Origin: Schizochytrium sp. TIO01
Lineage: Eukaryota; Protista; Bigyra: Labyrinthulomycetes
Length of the DNA stretch: 64,000 nt
NCBI GenBank assembly: GCA_004764695.1
Contig: SMSO01000014.1
Span: 5,466,845-5,530,844 of the forward strand
Direction: 5' to 3'
Each line of letters begins with the position of its first letter. Within the stretch, counting starts at the first letter, position 1. The translations under genes and the position numbers were made by a program. Below are positions 59,801-64,000 of this stretch, in pieces. The notes beneath the pieces are model-generated. The model saw only the letters and a program-made list of their open reading frames with translations, made no database searches and was not told the DNA's origin.

Positions 59801-62800
59801 CTATGAACCCCGGTTACGCGGGTCGCCAAGAGCTTCCTGAAAATCTCAAGTCACTCTTCCGTGGAGTCGCTATGATGGTTCCTGATCGTATGATCATTAT
59901 GAAGGTGAAGCTTTGCAGCGTGGGCTACAGCTCATTTACGACGTTGGCTAAAAAGTTTGCTCAGCTCTACAAGCTCTGCGAGGAGCAGCTTTCTCAGCAA
60001 AAGCACTATGACTTTGGCCTTCGTAATATCTTGAGTGTTTTGCGAACATGCGGCGCAAATAAACGTGATAATTTGGAGAAACCTGAAGAGTATCTAATGT
60101 ACCGCACACTTCGCGATATGAATTTGTCCAAGCTTGTGGCGCAGGATGTGCCACTCTTCCTTTCACTCCTTGCTGACCTATTTCCGAAATGTAAATCACC
60201 TCCGGTGTCTACATATCCGGAGATCGAAAGCGCAATCTCTGAAGTGGCCCTTTCTAAGGGACTCGTGCTCGAAGATGCCTGGGTAAAGAAGGTGGTGCAG
60301 CTCTACGAAACCTACAAGGTTCGTCATGGAATTATGCTATGTGGTCCAACTGGAGGTGGTAAGACTGAGATCTGTAACACACTTGCTGCTGCTCTTTCAG
60401 TTACAACTGGCACAACATACAAATTTGCGCGTATTAACCCCAAGGCGATTCGAGCAGCTGAGATGTATGGTGAAGTAGACAAGGTCTCTGGCGAATGGAC
60501 AACTGGTGTTTTTGCTGCTATCTGGGCAAAAATGAATCATCGCAACAACAAGTTCAACACTTGGCTCATTTGTGATGGTCCAGTTGATGCAATTTGGATC
60601 GAGGATCTTAATACCGTTCTCGATGACAACCGAATTCTTACTTTGGCAAACGGAGACCGTATTCCTATGACTGACCAGAACAAGATCATGTTCGAGGTGG
60701 AATCGCTTAGAAATGCTTCTCCAGCCACGGTTTCCCGAGCTGGCATCATCTACGTCTCCGAGACAGATTTGGATTGGTACGCGGTTGCCAAGTCCTGGAT
60801 GCAGAAGCAGGATCCAGACCATGCTGCTTTTCTCAACACAATGTTTGCAAAATGGATTGGTACTTGGTCTCCAAGTGACCCTGGAGAATTGTACCAAAAG
60901 CTCGAGCGCGCGGAGTTTGATGATGAAGTTATACAGACATCACGTGTTGGTAAGGTTTCAAGTCTTTTAAGTCTCTTATCCTCAATGATGTCATCAGTTA
61001 AGCTAAGTGATACCGTTGTTGAGATGGAGGAGGAGCTCGAGAAAATGTTTGTCATGTCTCTGATTTGGTCCTTTGGTGGAAATCTAGAGATGGAGGGTCG
61101 TCATAAGTTCGATACTCACCTCCGAACGATTGATCGTGATATGCTTCCTGAGTTAGAAAATAGCGAGGAAACCTCGTTTGATTATGTGTTTGACTTGAGC
61201 TCTCTTACATGGCAATCCTGGGAACCAGAGTCTTGGGAGTATCCTGCTCATGCTTCGCGCCCGTCGAATGCTGACTCTCACACGGAAAGTCTACAGATGA
61301 CAAGCTCCTCAAGCTCTCTCAAGTCAACTGGTGAACCAATGCTGGACTTTTCAAATCTTTTGGTACCCACGCTCGATAGCACGCGCGCATGCTTCTTGCT
61401 CGACAATATGCATCGTCAGCGGCTGCCTATCATGATGGTGGGTGGATCTGGCACTGCAAAAACTTCTACTGCACTCATGTACTTTGCCAAGATTGACCAA
61501 ACTACACGCACCCTCAAGCGCATTAACTTCAGCTCTGCTACCCAGCCCATCGGCCTTCAGAATGCAATTGAGGGAGAGCTTGACAAGCGTGGCGGCAAGA
61601 ACTTTGGCCCCACTGGTGGCAAGAAGATGACAATCTTCCTTGATGACATCTCCATGCCATCAATCAACGAATGGGGGGATCAACCGACCCTGGAGTTTGC
61701 ACGTCAACTTATTGAATTTAACTGCTTCGCCTTCCTTGATAAGGACAAACGTGGTGATATGAAGCATTGCGAGGATCTCCAATATGTTGCTGCAATGGCA
61801 CACCCTGGTGGCGGCCATAACGACATCCCGAATCGTCTGAAGCGACACTTTTTCATCTTCAACATGGTTTTGCCATCCATTACTTCCATCAACAACATCT
61901 ATGGCCAAATGCTTGCCGGGCGTTTTTCGAATGAGGACCACCTATTAAGCCCTGCAGCTCATGATGTTGTTGTCAAGCTCACAGCAGCTACGATTCAAAT
62001 CTGGCAGTGGGCTCAACGTAAATTCCTCCCTACACCACGCAAGTTCCACTATGTGTTTAACATGCGTGACGTGAGTCGAGTATTTCAAGGTATCCTCCTT
62101 TGTCCTAAGGAGACAGTCCTAAAGTGCGGCATCACATCCCCCAGTGAGGATCAAGCACTTACGTTGGTAAAGCTGTGGAAGCATGAGTGTGAGCGCGTGT
62201 TCTGTGATAAGCTTGTTGACCAAACAGACAAGCTTCGTTATCTCGAACATGTTGCAATTGTACTTCAGGACAATTTTGGTGAGGCTCTTGCAACCAAGGC
62301 AGCAATTCGCAGTGATTTACAAGATTCGCAACTGCTGCAACAGACGCATCATGAGACCATGAGTAGTGCTGGAAGTACAGTAGGTGATACAGATGACTTT
62401 GACGCAGCTTCTAAAATGGACAATAGCTTAGGCATTGAAATTGTGAAGAAGTCAGCCGAACCCTTTGTCAATTTCCTGCGCGATGATATACTCGATCGGG
62501 ATGGAGATATCCTTGAAAAGGCTCCAAAGGTCTACGAACACGGTGGGCGCCTGTCTTCCATTCGCGAGCGCGTGGCTGAGTTTATGCACAAGCAGAACAC
62601 TGAGCAGCCCTCGAAGGCTCTCAAACTTGTTTTGTTTGATGATGCTCTGAACAACCTTTTGCGCATTTCCCGCATCATTAACATGCCAAGAGGCTCGGCA
62701 CTCTTGGTTGGTGTTGGAGGCAGTGGTAAGCAGAGCTTGACCAAACTTGCTTCATACATTGCAGGATACGATCTGTTTAAGATCCGTCCAACCAAGACGT

Positions 62801-64000
62801 ATAATGTAAACTCGCTGCTTGAAGACTTACGTGTTCTTTACCGAATTGCCGGCCAGGAGCGTCGAGATGTGACGTTCTTGTTTACAGATCAGGACATCAA
62901 GGAGGAATCATTTCTCGAGGTACTCAATACCTTGCTCATGACTGGAGAAATTCCGGGACTCTTTTCTAAGGAGGATATGATCGGTCTTACTGCTGATCTT
63001 GAACAACATGCCTTACGCGAGCGTGGCCCCGAATTCGAGGTTACACCTGCAAGTTTAAGGCAGTTCTTCTTTGATAGCTGCCGCGATCGCTTACACGTGG
63101 TATTATGCATGTCCCCCGTTAATGTTCGTTTTGCCGAGCGTGCTCGCAAGTTCCCTGGGTTGATCAATTGCTGTACAATCAACTGGTTCCTGCGTTGGCC
63201 CGAGGCAGCACTAAAAGACGTTGCAAAGGGTCTCATTGGAACTTACCACCCTGGTAAGCATGGTATGTACCTCCGTGCTGAAGATGGATCAACACAGGAT
63301 GACCCTGCTGTACGCTCTAGTCTGATAATGTTTATGGGCTCGGTCCATCGGATTGTTGTGGATTCTTGTACTGAGTATGAGAAAAAGATGCGTCGGCAAG
63401 TATATCAAACGCCCAAATCCTATTTGTCGTTCATTGACACCTTCAAGGTTCAATATGAGGCTAAGCTTGCCAAGCTCCAAGAAAAGGAGGAGCGTATTAG
63501 CCTTGGTCTCGAAAAGCTAATTCAAGGTGCCGCAGATGTTGAAGAACTCAAGCTTGTGCTTGCGCGCGAGCAAGAGAAGCTTATGAAAGCCACCAAGGAA
63601 ACCAACCGCATGATTGGTGATCTCGAAACAAAGAGTCTTGAAGCAAAGAAGGAGCAGGATAAGGTAAATGTCATTAAAGCTGATTGCGAAGAGGACGCAG
63701 CACGTATTAAACTTGAAAAAGAGGCCTGCGAGCATGATCTTGCGCAGGCACAACCATTCCTTGACCAAGCCGAGAGTGCTATCAAGTCAATCAAGCCTGC
63801 ACACATCAATGAAGTGAAGAAGTTGGCTAAACCAAGTGACATTATTAAACTTGTCTTCGACGGTGTCCTGATTCTCTTCAAGGCCAAGCTGAACCCTGTC
63901 AAGGAGTGCACGTTGACTGTGAAGAAGCAACAAATATCTTTTGTTGAGCCTTCTTATACCAATGCACAGAAGATGATGGGCAGTGCATCCTTCCTGAAGG
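53836..64000 (+). CDS. Axonemal outer-arm dynein heavy chain (DNAH5/DNAH8, Chlamydomonas gamma-type), intronless here and truncated by the window end
   Basis: ATG 53836 begins MTSRIVTPRMRWC. In-frame P-loops: GPAGTGKT (59491), GPTGGGKT (60343), GGSGTAKT (61441; TAKT is typical of gamma-type chains) and GVGGSGKQ (62710), plus WGCFDEFNR and HYDFGLRN, then the stalk coiled coil. It is absent from the track, consistent with no stop before 64000. Confidence 0.95.
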   Translation, partial: MTSRIVTPRMRWCIGRIQETFNIEGAEVDEAIKAEGSFELLDSVLSENGPNSCFVFYQPVYEQTGNGDWILRNPEPQLVFTRGWEPDRLRARGKKACYFLRLGPLDKEQASCPNLVHGELGDDPLKSLELSLSRLYQPLCENRANWGKADEEQTREFLDACSKVSSELKESIKSLYGGLELRKPDKRFELDGAGRNLSQRSKDDQELVDHFETLLEEWCNQIEAYLESTSADSYESSAPDAGPMTELESWKRRMQRLTSITEQLKTKDCKTVIAVLSSLTKNPQDSNRQKVFSLLRRWKQIDINITEAANEAKDNVKYLFTLEKFIEPLYSGTPETVVDTLPALMNSIKMIHTIARYYNTMERMTNLFSKITNQMITCCKKYILLENVDLWSQNPEVLVQRLEACLKLNDSYQENYRLTKDKLLTMPKGKQFDFSEQQIFGKFDLFCRRVIKLIDMFSTIHQFRALANHKLEGMEALTDQFQHIISEFRKKNHDLLDYHNNKFDRDYVEFNVAISDLESSLQQFINDSFERITSIENSLNLLKKFQAILQRENLKSDLDSKFNIIFQNYGLELEVVQQLYERHKHAPPIPRNLPPVSGNIMWSRHLLKRIEEPMKKFESNQNVLSTKDAKRIIKTYNKVARTLVAFEYLWFQAWQQSIETAKAGLQATLIIRHPEDDRLYVNFDQEILQLIREAKCLDRMGIDIPESAKIVLLQESKFKSYYNDLQYALKEYERVTRRVIPVAADLLKPHMRDMEYKLRPGMITLTWTSMNIDAYKHHIHTGLAKLEELVTNINDIIENRIEKNLKVVSKTILVDIPSDRSTQLSDFVAMQEKRIRAQSKFLHGKNVEIEHAVNDLMELVQSYTLDPHIEPVSQEEIANVKRNYRYKMYCALLKCTKNSLNLIKERVGNRGSANGGGFLFVERPFFELFVNLQTPKVQITPDLEDVQNAINKSALAVLKCSKSLYDWGQDQIPEESRKTFFDEITCDLQIAVVCLLLTGSVQGLKQNVTKYLERFYEYQWLWSDDKDRAYSKFMATKPTLPEYEAKLMEFQEVDRQINEITSMHVIGAMSINTSTLKNNLRYEVQTWKLTFSRFLHEQARSDMDDLYNYMKQTEQRLKRSENIKKLVQKESSSSNSDVLQELSSIMDVLREIRERESGIEQEIAPVLDMYSMLERFVGSQGLGDQENDNKEVLRYRWECLVDYAERVTDELSELQESFKRKLLRDIKEFVNDVIVFRNDFVANGPMVPGISPKVAVDRLRRFHEEYEIRERKFNLYRNGEDLFALQPTSYPELVKTKKELLLLDQLYKLYTDVIDTIEDWKQIEWEKARDEIDDMASQMEVFAGRCKKMPGKLRDWDAYKDLKKQIDEFTVVLPLLQALAKPSIMQRHWTEVSRKCGTEFVVGPEFRLCTLLDAHLIPVAEDIEEICDSADKQLQIQNKIAEIAEAWQLREFEFIVWKSRGIYVFKNVMPIVEDLEEAQMQLQTMLTMRHVVPFRDEAQAMLITTSDTAETLERWIKVQTLWCSLESVFSGGDIAKQLPMEAKKFQKIDKDFDKVMRKAFDTKNVIQACQNDILKQNLIVFYNELEKCQKSLEGYLEQKRNKFPRFYFVSNPVLLQVLSQGSDPLAIQPFYEKIFDSIDEVVHEKDNPQNIEAFFSRLGTDEERISLTNHVQCKGNIEDWLMDLLNEHRNTMKEITRECAARASSITDPSQLRPIVDALPGQFALLALQLNWSAECLEALQACKQKKTALKDASAKAGQILSELSSWCLTDLGTKMTRVKIESLVTIQVHQRDVINDIAALYKVKKISDPHDFEWQKQCRFEWRPDGKDAVSDRGSLSIGITDVEFNYSYEYLGCRDRLVITPLTDRCYITLAQALGMGFGGAPAGPAGTGKTETVKDMGRALGIYVMVSNCSDQFSYLDCAKIFKGLCQGGLWGCFDEFNRITLPVLSVVAQQVLAIQNAKKAHSTSFMFPGDPVPCHLNPVCGFFITMNPGYAGRQELPENLKSLFRGVAMMVPDRMIIMKVKLCSVGYSSFTTLAKKFAQLYKLCEEQLSQQKHYDFGLRNILSVLRTCGANKRDNLEKPEEYLMYRTLRDMNLSKLVAQDVPLFLSLLADLFPKCKSPPVSTYPEIESAISEVALSKGLVLEDAWVKKVVQLYETYKVRHGIMLCGPTGGGKTEICNTLAAALSVTTGTTYKFARINPKAIRAAEMYGEVDKVSGEWTTGVFAAIWAKMNHRNNKFNTWLICDGPVDAIWIEDLNTVLDDNRILTLANGDRIPMTDQNKIMFEVESLRNASPATVSRAGIIYVSETDLDWYAVAKSWMQKQDPDHAAFLNTMFAKWIGTWSPSDPGELYQKLERAEFDDEVIQTSRVGKVSSLLSLLSSMMSSVKLSDTVVEMEEELEKMFVMSLIWSFGGNLEMEGRHKFDTHLRTIDRDMLPELENSEETSFDYVFDLSSLTWQSWEPESWEYPAHASRPSNADSHTESLQMTSSSSSLKSTGEPMLDFSNLLVPTLDSTRACFLLDNMHRQRLPIMMVGGSGTAKTSTALMYFAKIDQTTRTLKRINFSSATQPIGLQNAIEGELDKRGGKNFGPTGGKKMTIFLDDISMPSINEWGDQPTLEFARQLIEFNCFAFLDKDKRGDMKHCEDLQYVAAMAHPGGGHNDIPNRLKRHFFIFNMVLPSITSINNIYGQMLAGRFSNEDHLLSPAAHDVVVKLTAATIQIWQWAQRKFLPTPRKFHYVFNMRDVSRVFQGILLCPKETVLKCGITSPSEDQALTLVKLWKHECERVFCDKLVDQTDKLRYLEHVAIVLQDNFGEALATKAAIRSDLQDSQLLQQTHHETMSSAGSTVGDTDDFDAASKMDNSLGIEIVKKSAEPFVNFLRDDILDRDGDILEKAPKVYEHGGRLSSIRERVAEFMHKQNTEQPSKALKLVLFDDALNNLLRISRIINMPRGSALLVGVGGSGKQSLTKLASYIAGYDLFKIRPTKTYNVNSLLEDLRVLYRIAGQERRDVTFLFTDQDIKEESFLEVLNTLLMTGEIPGLFSKEDMIGLTADLEQHALRERGPEFEVTPASLRQFFFDSCRDRLHVVLCMSPVNVRFAERARKFPGLINCCTINWFLRWPEAALKDVAKGLIGTYHPGKHGMYLRAEDGSTQDDPAVRSSLIMFMGSVHRIVVDSCTEYEKKMRRQVYQTPKSYLSFIDTFKVQYEAKLAKLQEKEERISLGLEKLIQGAADVEELKLVLAREQEKLMKATKETNRMIGDLETKSLEAKKEQDKVNVIKADCEEDAARIKLEKEACEHDLAQAQPFLDQAESAIKSIKPAHINEVKKLAKPSDIIKLVFDGVLILFKAKLNPVKECTLTVKKQQISFVEPSYTNAQKMMGSASFLK

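Overview
Eukaryotic nuclear DNA that is intron-poor and microsatellite-rich. It encodes an axonemal dynein and a mitochondrial-type OTC; the overall style suggests a stramenopile such as a thraustochytrid (inference only). The left block (1-9.7 kb) holds the 3' end of a probable mitochondrial carrier, a two-exon TOM7 missed by the ORF track, a BMT5/DUF2431-like rRNA methyltransferase, a membrane J-domain protein, and an atypical importin-alpha-like ARM protein with a C-terminal Cys8-His motif and Lys tract. A ~31-kb region (9.7-40.9 kb) has no intact recognisable gene. It contains a degenerate tandem array that may be decayed coding sequence (11.7-13.6 kb), many simple repeats and a series of GC-rich islands with clustered TAG-core motifs. 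It ends at a Q/N/S-rich putative transcription factor gene with a possible remote CG-1-like domain, split by a +1 frameshift in a polyQ tract. The right block holds an RBM26/27-like RRM protein, ornithine carbamoyltransferase, a DHX36/57/30-family DEAH helicase (RGG repeats, possible LOTUS-like insert) and an intronless outer-arm dynein heavy chain (DNAH5/8, gamma-type) that runs off the window. Eight of the ten genes form head-to-head pairs. The best candidate for an undescribed system is the desert-plus-TF locus, but its regulatory reading is inference.
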